64,000 bases of DNA from Salinispira sp. (lineage in GTDB: Bacteria; Spirochaetota; Spirochaetia; DSM-27196; Salinispiraceae). The position numbers were made by a program, and so were the translations under genes. Every line of letters begins with the position of its first letter. Positions within the stretch are counted from its first letter, which is position 1. Below, one piece after another: positions 46,395 to 54,785 of the stretch. The notes below the pieces were generated by a model. It made no database searches and had not been told where the DNA came from. It saw only the letters and a program-made list of their open reading frames with translations. Location of the stretch: the NCBI GenBank assembly GCA_965226555.1, contig CBDDDG010000001.1, positions 88,248 to 152,247 of the forward strand. The letters run 5' to 3'.

Positions 46395-47420
46395 TTAATG
46401 CGATCCATTCCGCACTGTCCGCATTTCCTCATCGCTCAGCCCGGTAATTCTCTGAACGGCCTCTGTCGACAAGCCTTCCAAAAACATACTGCGGGCGTTT
46501 TTTCTCCGCTCCTCAATATGCCCCTCAGCACGACCTGTTCGCAGACCTTTCAGAATGCCTTTCTCCATGCCCTGCTCAAGACCCTCAGCGCGACCTTTCA
46601 GAATACCCTTTTCCATACCTTTCTCCATACCTTCCCTGACGAAGGCGTTGGTTATGTTATATGTCCGCATACTGTTTTCTCCTTCAGGGTACAGTTCCCT
46701 GTTAATTTTCTCAAACTGTTCATACAGTCCCAAATCTTTTAGATAACCCAGCACACTCTCTGCCAGATCAGTAAAGTCTTGTGAAGACAGACCGTTCAGG
46801 AGCTGCGCAATCTCTTTCAGCCCCTCAGCATCAATCTCATTATCTCGCATTATATACCACAACGCAGTCGATGTATATCGTTTTTCATCAGAACGCCATG
46901 CCAACTGTTTCTTTGTCATTCTACAAAGATCGCGCACAATGTACGACACTTTCACCCTGACATCTACCGTGCCTTCAATCATAGATTCGAAAGCAGCATT
47001 TCCATGCGAACTGTAAAATTCGCGCTGGAGGTTCCATTCCTTTTTTCCATGGTAGAGCAGCAGTATATAGATAGCATCTTTTTCATTGTACACATTGCTG
47101 TTTCTGAGGGCATGCTGATAATTATCGATTTGAGTGAGCGCATGTTTATGCTGGTAGCTTTTGTGTTCAATAATGAACAGGGCTTTCCGGTCGGGGTCTG
47201 ATAAGAAGGGGGCGCTGACAACGAGATCGCAGTGAAGGTTCTTTTTTCCCGCAATGTAGCTGGGGTTTTCAATGCGGATTTTGTCCATGTCCAGCTTGGA
47301 AAGCGTTGTATCCTCACAGAACAGCCGCAGCAGGTCGGGAATCATACGGGGGGTTCTGTAGTAGGCGATCTTGAAGGCTATGTCGTGGATATGGCCTGTG
47401 CTGTGGGATGATTTTTTCAT
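46395..47420 (-). CDS. Rpn-family recombination-promoting nuclease/putative transposase paralogue B (intact)
   Basis: 341 aa from MKKSSHSTGHIHD, with AGGAGGAATGTTT before the ATG. CDLVVSAP...ALFIIEHKSYQHK is a D...ExK pattern. C-terminal (x-x-G-x-x-K-G)n repeats, then LSTEAVQRITGLSDEEM. Confidence 0.8.
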   Translation of the reverse strand: MKKSSHSTGHIHDIAFKIAYYRTPRMIPDLLRLFCEDTTLSKLDMDKIRIENPSYIAGKKNLHCDLVVSAPFLSDPDRKALFIIEHKSYQHKHALTQIDNYQHALRNSNVYNEKDAIYILLLYHGKKEWNLQREFYSSHGNAAFESMIEGTVDVRVKVSYIVRDLCRMTKKQLAWRSDEKRYTSTALWYIMRDNEIDAEGLKEIAQLLNGLSSQDFTDLAESVLGYLKDLGLYEQFEKINRELYPEGENSMRTYNITNAFVREGMEKGMEKGILKGRAEGLEQGMEKGILKGLRTGRAEGHIEERRKNARSMFLEGLSTEAVQRITGLSDEEMRTVRNGSH

Positions 47421-47678
47421 AAACATTCCTCCTACATCTGTGACGGGAGAAAAACGAGATATGAATGACAAAATAAGAAATTTTTGTGAAATTTTGTAAT
47501 TATTTTTTTTAGAAGGGTATGTTCCCGGAAACATCCGAGCATGATGAACAGGCAGTTCAGGATCTGGCGCGAGAGTTTATGCAGACAGAGCTGCAACGCG
47601 GGTCGCGCTGCAACTCCTGTTTAATTTAATCTGTTCCAGACGCATGGGTGAGCCGGATGCGTGGTCGAGCGCCAATTA

Positions 47679-48656
47679 TTAATGCGATCCGTTCCGCACT
47701 GTCCGCATTTCCTCATCGCTCAGCCCGGTAACCTTCCGAACGTCATCTGCTGAAAGTCCTATGGAAAACATACTGCGGGCGTTTTTTCTCCGCTCCTCAA
47801 TATGCCCCTCAGCGCGACCTTTCAGAATGCCCTTCTCCATTCCTTTCAGAATACCTTTCGCAATGCCTTCCCTGACGAAGGCGTTGGTTATGTTATATGT
47901 CCGCATACTGTTTTCTCCTTCAGGGTACAGTTCCCTGTTAATTTTCTCAAACTGTTCATACAGTCCCAAATCTTTTAGATAACCCAGCACACTCTCTGCC
48001 AGATCAGTAAAGTCTTGTGAAGACAGACCGTTCAGGAGCTGCGCAATCTCTTTCAGCCCCTCAGCATCCATCTCATTATCTCGCATTATATACCACAACG
48101 CAGTCGATGTATATCGTTTTTCATCGGAACGCCATGCCAACTGCTTCTTTGTCATTCTACAAAGATCGCGCACAATGTACGACACTTTCACCTTGACATC
48201 TACCGTGCCTTCGGTAAGGGATTCGGAAGCAGCATTTCCATGTGAACTGTAAAATGTGAGTGGGAGGTTCCATTCCTTTTTTCCATGGTAGAGCAGCAGT
48301 ATATAGATAGCATCATTTTCATTGTACACATTGCTGTTTCTGAGGGCATATTGATAGTTATCGATTTGAATGAGAGCATGTTTATGCTGGTAGCTTTTGT
48401 GCTCAATAATGAATAGAGCCTTCCGCTCGGGGTCTGACAGGAAGGGGGCGCTGACAACGAGATCGCAGTGAAGATTCTTTTTTCCTGCAATGTAGCTGGG
48501 GGTTTCAATGCGGATTTTGTCCATGTCCAGCTTGGCAAGAGTTGTATCCTCACAGAACAGGCGCAGCAGGTCGGGAATCATACGGGGGGTTCTGTAGTAG
48601 GCGATCTTGAAGGCTATGTCGTGGATATGGCCTGTGCTCTGGGATGATTTTTTCAT
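47679..48656 (-). CDS. Rpn-family nuclease paralogue C (intact)
   Basis: 325 aa. Same architecture as B, with a divergent C-terminal tail (SIGLSADDVRKVTGLSDEEM). Confidence 0.8.
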   Translation of the reverse strand: MKKSSQSTGHIHDIAFKIAYYRTPRMIPDLLRLFCEDTTLAKLDMDKIRIETPSYIAGKKNLHCDLVVSAPFLSDPERKALFIIEHKSYQHKHALIQIDNYQYALRNSNVYNENDAIYILLLYHGKKEWNLPLTFYSSHGNAASESLTEGTVDVKVKVSYIVRDLCRMTKKQLAWRSDEKRYTSTALWYIMRDNEMDAEGLKEIAQLLNGLSSQDFTDLAESVLGYLKDLGLYEQFEKINRELYPEGENSMRTYNITNAFVREGIAKGILKGMEKGILKGRAEGHIEERRKNARSMFSIGLSADDVRKVTGLSDEEMRTVRNGSH

Positions 48657-49341
48657 AAACATTCCTCCTACATCTGTGACAGGAGAAAAACGAGATATGA
48701 ATGACAAAATGAGAAATTTTTTCAAAAAAGTGAAAGTTTCTTCCTGAAGAGGTAAGTTCCCATACCATATAGACGGGCTACATTGAATGGTAAATGATAC
48801 AATGAGAAATTTTTGTGAAATTTTGTAATTATTTTTTTTAGAAGGGTATGTTCCCGGAAACATCCGAGCATGATGAACAGGCAGTTCAGGATCTGGCGCG
48901 AGAGTTTATGCAGACAGAGCTGCAACGCGGGTCGCGCTGCAACTCCTGTTTAATTTAATCTGTTCCAGACGCATGGGTGAGCCGGATGCGTGGTCGAGCA
49001 GGCCGAGCGCCAATTATTAATGCGATCCGTTCCGCACTGTCCGCATTTCCTCATCGCTCAGCCCGGTAATTCTCTGAACGGCCTCTGTCGACAAGCCTTC
49101 CAAAAACATACTGCGGGCGTTTTTTCTCCGCTCCTCAATATGCCCCTCAGCGCGACCTGTTCGCAGTCCTTCCTGCCGACCTGTCTGCAATCCTGTCTGA
49201 AGTCCTTCCTGCCGACCCTTTGTGATACCCTGCTCAAGACCTTCAACACGACCTTTCAGAATACCCTTCTCCATACCCTTCGCAATGCCTTCCCTCACGA
49301 AGGCGTTGGTTATGTTATATGTCCGCATACTGTTTTCTCCT

Positions 49342-49473
49342 ACTGAAACTTTTGCATTGGAAAATTGTGCTTCGCACAATTTCCAGTAGCAAAAGTTTCA
49401 CATTTGGCAGACCTCGTTGCGCTTGGCATTCTCTCATTTTGTAGAAAGTTTTGCCTGCGGCAAAACTTTGTCT
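49342..49473 (+). mobile_element. MITE-like element copy (about 132 bp), second insertion site in paralogue D
   Basis: TTTTCTCCT|ACTGAAACTTTTGCATTGGAAAATTGTGCTTCGCACAATTTCCAGTAGCAAAAGTTTC...GGCAAAACTTTGTCT|AGGATAT. Intact paralogues read TTTTCTCCTTCAGG(A/G)TA. Boundaries are uncertain by about 2 nt. Confidence 0.75.
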
Positions 49474-49904
49474 AGGATATAATTTCCTGTTAATTTTCTC
49501 AAACTGTTCATACAGTCCCAAGTCCTTCAGGTAGCCCAGCACACTCTCTGCCAGATCAGTAAAGTCTTGTGAAGACAGACCGTTCAGGAGCTGCGCAATT
49601 TCTTTCAGCCCCTCAGTGTCCATTTCATTATCTCGCATTATATACCACAATGCAGTCGATGTATATCGTTTTTCATCAGAACGCCATGCCAACTGTTTCT
49701 TTGTCATTCTACAAAGATCGCGCACAATGTACGACACTTTCACCCTGACATCTACCGTGCCTTCAATCATAGATTCGAAAGCAGCATTTCCATGCGAACT
49801 GTAAAATGTGAGTGGGAGGTTCCATTCCTTTTTTCCATGGTAGAGCAGCAGTATATAGATAGCATCTTTTTCATTGTACACATTGCTGTTTCTGAGGGCA
49901 TGCT

Positions 49905-50034
49905 ACAGAAACTTTTGCATTGGAAAATTGTGCAAGCACAATTTCCAGTAGCAAAAGTTTCAAATTCGGAATGCTTTCTTTGTGCTTAGCATTCTCCTAT
50001 TTCATAGAAAGTTTTGCCTGTGGCAAAACTTTGT
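49905..50034 (+). mobile_element. MITE-like element copy (130 bp) at the same codon position as in paralogue A
   Basis: GAGGGCATGCT|ACAGAAACTTTTGCATTGGAAAATTGTGCAAGCACAATTTCCAG...GGCAAAACTTTGT|GATAATTATCG. Confidence 0.85.
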
Positions 50035-50697
50035 GATAATTATCGATTTGAGTGAGAGCATGTTTATGCAGGTAGCTTTTATGCTCAATAATGAATAGAG
50101 CTTTTCGGTCGGGGTCTGACAGGAAGGGGGCGCTGACAACGAGATCGCAGTGAATGTTCTTTTTTCCCGCAATGTAGCTGGGGTTTTCAATGCGGATTTT
50201 GTCCATGTCCAGCTTGGCAAGAGTTGTATCCTCACAGAACAGGCGCAGCAGGTCGGGAATCATACGGGGGGTTCTGTAGTAGGCGATCTTGAAGGCTATG
50301 TCGTGGATATGGCCTGTGCTGTGGGATGATTTTTTCATATTCTTCCTCCTACATCTGTGACGGGAGAAAAACGAGATATGAATGACAAAATGAGAAATTT
50401 TTTCAAAAAAGTGAAAGTTTCTTCCTGAAGAGGTAAGTTCCCATACCATATAGACGGGCTACATTGAATGGTAAATGATACAATGAGAAATTTTTGTGAA
50501 ATTTTGTAATTATTTTTTTTAGAAGGGTATGTTCCCGGAAACATCCGAGCATGATGAACAGGCAGTTCAGGATCTGGCGCGAGAGTTTATGCAGACAGAG
50601 CTGCAACGCGGGTCGCGCTGCAACTCCTGTTTAATTTAATCTGTTCCAGACGCATGGGTGAGCCGGATGCGTGGTCGAGCAGGCCGAGCGGCGATAA

Positions 50698-51669
50698 TTA
50701 ATGCGATCCATTCCGCACTGTCCGCATTTCCTCATCGCTCAGCCCGGTAATTCTCTGAACAGCCTCGGTCGACAACCCTTCCAAAAACATACTGCGGGCG
50801 TTTTTTCTCCGCTCCTCAATATGCCCCTCAGCGCGACCTTTCAGAATACCCTTTTCCATACCTTTCTCCATACCTTCCCTGACGAAGGCGTTGGTTATGT
50901 TATATGTCCGCATACTGTTTTCTCCTTCAGGGTACAGTTCCCTGTTAATTTTCTCAAACTGTTCATACAGTTTTGGATCTAGATCTTTGATATAGCCTAA
51001 CACACTTTCTGCCAGATCAGTAAAGTCTTGTGATGACAGACCGTTCAGGAGCTGCGCAATCTCTTTCAGCCCCTCAGTGTCCATCTCATTATCTCGCATT
51101 ATATACCACAACGCAGTCGATGTATATCGTTTTTCATCGGAACGCCATGCCAACTGCTTTTTGTCCATTCGCCTCAGATCGCGCACAATGTACGACACTT
51201 TCACCCTGACATCTACCGTGCCTTCAATCATAGATTCGAAAGCAGCATTTCCATGCGAACTATAAAATTCGCGCTGGAGGTTCCATTCCTTTTTTCCATG
51301 GTAGAGCAGCAGTATATAGATAGCATCATTTTCATTGTACACATTGCTGTTTCTGAGGGCATATTGATAGTTATCGATTTGAATGAGAGCATGTTTATGC
51401 TGGTAGCTTTTGTGTTCAATAATAAAAAGAGCTTTCCGCTCGGGGTCTGACAGGAAGGGGGCGCTGACAACGAGATCGCAGTGAAGATTCTTTTTTCCCG
51501 CAATGTAGCTGGGGTTTTCAATGCGGATTTTGTCCATGTCCAGCTTGGCAAGAGTTGTATCCTCACAGAACAGCCGCAGCAGGTCGAGAATCATACGGGG
51601 GGTTCTGTAGTAGGCGATCTTGAAGGCTATGTCGTGGATGTTGCCTGTGCTATGGGATGATTTTTTCAT
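50698..51669 (-). CDS. Rpn-family nuclease paralogue E (intact)
   Basis: 323 aa from MKKSSHSTGNIHD. It has the shortest C-terminal repeat tract (GMEKGMEKGILKGRAEG). Confidence 0.8.
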   Translation of the reverse strand: MKKSSHSTGNIHDIAFKIAYYRTPRMILDLLRLFCEDTTLAKLDMDKIRIENPSYIAGKKNLHCDLVVSAPFLSDPERKALFIIEHKSYQHKHALIQIDNYQYALRNSNVYNENDAIYILLLYHGKKEWNLQREFYSSHGNAAFESMIEGTVDVRVKVSYIVRDLRRMDKKQLAWRSDEKRYTSTALWYIMRDNEMDTEGLKEIAQLLNGLSSQDFTDLAESVLGYIKDLDPKLYEQFEKINRELYPEGENSMRTYNITNAFVREGMEKGMEKGILKGRAEGHIEERRKNARSMFLEGLSTEAVQRITGLSDEEMRTVRNGSH

Positions 51670-51769
51670 AAATACTCCTCCTACATCTGTGACAGGAGAA
51701 AAACGAGATATGAATGACAAAATGAGAAATTTTTTCAAAAAAGTGAAAGGGTGGATTTTGTTTTGAAAT

Positions 51770-53021
51770 TGGGATATAAACCTTTGGACAGACCCCTCCT
51801 CCCCAGTGTAAAACGAAGGTTATTCGTATACACTGGGGGTTGTATAAAACATAAAAGGAGGGAAACAGTGAACAGTAGTATCACATATTCTCAGTATCAT
51901 CTCAAGTCTCGGAAGTATCAGGCGGCTTCGATGTATGATTGGCGGTTGCGGATGGTTCGGTATGCCCAGGAGCATTCGATCAAGGCGGCTGCTCGGGAGT
52001 TCGAGGTGTCGCGCAACACGGTGCGGCGGTGGGTTCGGCGCTTTGAATCCGGCGAGGGGCTTGAAGACAAGAAGCGGGGCACGACCAATCATCCGATGAA
52101 GATGAAATTCGGGCACCGGTGTCATCTCGAGAGTCTTGTCCAGACCAAGAATCGGAATCACAACAAAATCATTGGAACTCAGGTGCAAAAGCAGTTGCAG
52201 ACGGAAGTTGGCGGGAAGTACAGCCTGCCGACGATTATCAAGACGCTAAAGCAGATAGGGGCGCGGAAAACAAAGAAGCCGAAGGCGCTACCCAAGAGAG
52301 ATTTGCGGGAGGTAACCGACAGGATGAAGTTCGGCGAGTGCATTCAGATTGATATCAAGTATCTGACGGACATTCCCGCTATGCGGTTTTCTCAGAAGTG
52401 TTTAGACGTTCCGAAGTACCAGATAACCGCCCGGGATCGGGCGACAGGGGCTCTGTGGTACGCCTTCGCCAATGAGAAGAGCAGTATGGTAACAACCTTG
52501 TTCGCCGAGTACCTGCTGGAGCACCTGCGGAATCGCGGCGGAGACCTTGTCAACGGCATAACGGTTCAGACCGATAACGGGGCAGAGTTCACCGTTCGGC
52601 ATCTGAGCAAGACCCGAACGTCGGGGTTTGAGCAGGCGCTCATACAGGCGGGTGTCGAGTATCGGCGTATTCCGCCCGGGCATTGCACATGGAACAGTTC
52701 TGTCGAGTCCTCGCACCGGCTCATTGAGGATGAGTTCTACAGTCAGGTGATGAATCCAAAGCTCAATGAGTTTCTTAAGGAAGCCGAGGAGTATCAGATA
52801 GATTTCAATTACCGGCGGTTCAACACCTACCGCAAAGGGACTCCGCTGGATCTTTTGAGGCAGCGGAATACCAATGTGGATAGTGATATTCTCCGGCTCA
52901 AGCCGATCATAATGGAGCAACGGTTCACACGGCCGACGCTTGAGCGATGGAGGGCTTGGCACTCGGAAGAAATGATCGCATAATAGGTCAAAGTGGGGTC
53001 TGTTCAAACCTTAATATCCCA
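51770..53021 (+). mobile_element. IS481-like insertion sequence (~1.25 kb) with ~27-bp imperfect terminal IRs
   Basis: Left TGGGATATAAACCTTTGGACAGACCCC. Reverse complement of right TGGGATATTAAGGTTTGAACAGACCCC. A single transposase ORF lies inside. Confidence 0.75.
51868..52983 (+). CDS. DDE (rve integrase-core) transposase, IS481-family-like
   Basis: GTG 51868 lies 5 nt after AAGGAGGG. N-terminal HTH (AAAREFEVSRNTVRRWVRRF), IQIDIKYL, VQTDNGAEF, and a catalytic-Glu region (SSVESSHRLIEDEF). Confidence 0.75.
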   Translation: MNSSITYSQYHLKSRKYQAASMYDWRLRMVRYAQEHSIKAAAREFEVSRNTVRRWVRRFESGEGLEDKKRGTTNHPMKMKFGHRCHLESLVQTKNRNHNKIIGTQVQKQLQTEVGGKYSLPTIIKTLKQIGARKTKKPKALPKRDLREVTDRMKFGECIQIDIKYLTDIPAMRFSQKCLDVPKYQITARDRATGALWYAFANEKSSMVTTLFAEYLLEHLRNRGGDLVNGITVQTDNGAEFTVRHLSKTRTSGFEQALIQAGVEYRRIPPGHCTWNSSVESSHRLIEDEFYSQVMNPKLNEFLKEAEEYQIDFNYRRFNTYRKGTPLDLLRQRNTNVDSDILRLKPIIMEQRFTRPTLERWRAWHSEEMIA

Positions 53022-53159
53022 CTTTTATAAATGCACAATACTTTCGAAATGTTTGCCCCATGGCAGTAAGTCACATTCCTCGTAATTGCGAATGTGGCCG
53101 ATCCCATGGGCCTTTTTTTATAACAAGAAGAAATTTTTTGCTTTATGGGAGGTATCATT

Positions 53160-53285
53160 ATGGAAACAAAAATTGCTATTTTAGTAGATGGTGGGTATTT
53201 CTACAAAAGATTACCATCGGTACGGAAAGATATTCTCGATCCGCTCTGTCTCATGTATGCCAATCGCCGCTTGAAAAAACCATAA
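53160..53285 (+). pseudogene. Possible N-terminal fragment (41 codons) of an NYN/LabA-like protein
   Basis: GGGAGG RBS followed by METKIAILVDGGYFYKRLPSV..., resembling the first strand of NYN domains. Terminates after 41 aa. Confidence 0.25.
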
Positions 53286-53309
53286 TTATTTAGTACAGTA
53301 ATAGTACGA

Positions 53310-54785
53310 ATGTCCGCATCCATATCTTTTCGAAATATAACAAGGAACATAGCGCGCAACAAGTTCATTCTGACCTTTATTTTTGTTATATTTGCGCTGT
53401 TGCTTATGGTCAACAGCTTTGTGAGCACAATATCCGATTCCTTTTATAAGCTATACACAACATCGCTTACGGCCGATCTTTCCATATCGGCCAGCGGGGA
53501 AGATTTCACCCTCTTTGGAAACTCTGCCCTCCTTGTTGGTGAATTTCTGCCGGTGCCCCTTATCGCGGATATTGAAAACATTATTGAATTTCTGAATGCG
53601 CATGAGGCGGTGAATAACTGGGCGGGGGTGCTTACCCTTCCCGTTCATTTGAGAACAGGCAGCGCATCGGGTACCTACATTGCTTTTGGGGTCGATTTTG
53701 ACGCATACCGGAATGTGTTGCCGGGCATCCACCTGCATTCCGGCGCATGGCCGGAGCGGGGCAACGGGCAGCGCGATGGGCTGGCCTACACAATGCTGCA
53801 GCAGCATCAGTATGAAAAGCTTGGAGAACCTGCAATAGGATCGCAATTACTTCTCACAATGAGTGACGGCAGTAGTTTTACCATTCGGGAGACCACATTA
53901 TCGGGGACCTACAGCTATTCGGCTGAAGATGCGCTTATGCAGAACATTATTCTCACAGATGCCGATATTATCCGCTCGCTTGCCGGGTATGTTTCTTTCC
54001 CGCAGAATGGTACTATATCAACAGAGCAGCAGGAAGGTGCGGAGGTAGATGTGGATGACCTGTTTTCAGAATTACCGCAGGAAAGCGCTCCTCAGAATTC
54101 ATTGTCCGCTGAATCGGCACTTGAATCGGCCATTGAATCGGAGGGCTTGCAGCTCAGCGATGTTGAGGATATTTTGAGTCTCACCCCAGAGAGGCTGGCG
54201 GGCAGGCAGATTAAAGAATCGGCATGGCATTTCATTCTCATTGCGCGTGACGAGGCACATTCATTTAATAGGGCAAAATTTGAGCAATTCGGAATTACTC
54301 AGGAGCACCGGCTTCTCAACTGGCGTAATACCGCCGGCGGCGATGCCCTCATTACCTTTTTTCTGCAGATTCTTGTAAACGGGGGAGTGGGACTGGTTTT
54401 AATGTGCATAGCCTTTGTTACAATGAATATGATATCGCTCTCAATTCTGGAACGAAAAAGGGAATTTGGCACCATGAGGGCGCTTGGAGCCACAAGAATG
54501 AGAATTGCCGGATACATGGCGGGCGAAGTATTTTTTATGATAGTTCCGGTAATTGTACTGGGGCTTCTTTGCGGATCATTGTGTACCGCCATTATTAATT
54601 CCCGCGCTATTGTTTTGAATGATAGGTACATCAGCCTCTTATTCGGCAGTAATACCCTCAGGGGGAGCATTGATATGCGGCTTATTGTTTCCCATATTGT
54701 TTTGGGTATGGTGTTTATTCTCCTGTGTATTCCGTATCCGCTTACAAAGATTCTAAATATACAGCCGTTCAAAGCGATGTCATGA
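53310..54785 (+). CDS. ABC transporter permease, FtsX/MacB-like
   Basis: 491 aa. N-terminal TM, large periplasmic domain, and a C-terminal FtsX module (ILERKREFGTMRALGATRMRI). Confidence 0.8.
   Translation: MSASISFRNITRNIARNKFILTFIFVIFALLLMVNSFVSTISDSFYKLYTTSLTADLSISASGEDFTLFGNSALLVGEFLPVPLIADIENIIEFLNAHEAVNNWAGVLTLPVHLRTGSASGTYIAFGVDFDAYRNVLPGIHLHSGAWPERGNGQRDGLAYTMLQQHQYEKLGEPAIGSQLLLTMSDGSSFTIRETTLSGTYSYSAEDALMQNIILTDADIIRSLAGYVSFPQNGTISTEQQEGAEVDVDDLFSELPQESAPQNSLSAESALESAIESEGLQLSDVEDILSLTPERLAGRQIKESAWHFILIARDEAHSFNRAKFEQFGITQEHRLLNWRNTAGGDALITFFLQILVNGGVGLVLMCIAFVTMNMISLSILERKREFGTMRALGATRMRIAGYMAGEVFFMIVPVIVLGLLCGSLCTAIINSRAIVLNDRYISLLFGSNTLRGSIDMRLIVSHIVLGMVFILLCIPYPLTKILNIQPFKAMS

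Larger units (their letters stand above)
49017..50338 (-). pseudogene. Rpn-family nuclease paralogue D, interrupted twice by the MITE-like element
   Basis: Three collinear ORF pieces (49997-50338, ~49474-49881, 49017-~49341) separated by the elements at 49905-50034 and 49342-49473. Confidence 0.85.
44940..51745. repeat. Tandem array of five ~1.3-1.7-kb units, each an Rpn-family gene plus a ~270-bp conserved spacer
   Basis: Unit stops at 44960, 46395, 47679, 49017 and 50698. Spacers share ...CCGAGCATGATGAACAGGCAGTTCAGGATCTGGCGCGAGAGTTTATGCAGACAG... Confidence 0.9.

Noticed and set aside
47421-47534. N-terminal extensions of Rpn ORFs (MFPGTYPSKKNNYKISQKF...; also 48657-48863, 50339-50449 and 51670-51738)
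   Set aside because: These are read-through of the conserved spacer. The AGGAGG RBS is correctly spaced only for the internal MKKSS start. The extensions differ by spacer indels, not by coding constraint.
48722-48925. 67-aa ORF repeated at 50403-50606, and other small ORFs inside the Rpn spacers
   Set aside because: They recur only because the spacer is duplicated. They have no RBS and a hydrophobic, low-complexity composition. They span indel-variable parts of the spacer. A small regulatory peptide or RNA cannot be ruled out.
44940-51745. Regularly spaced repeats that might be mistaken for a CRISPR-like array
   Set aside because: The period is 1.3-1.7 kb and each unit is a protein-coding gene plus spacer. 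No short (25-40 bp) direct repeats with unique spacers exist here or elsewhere in the window.
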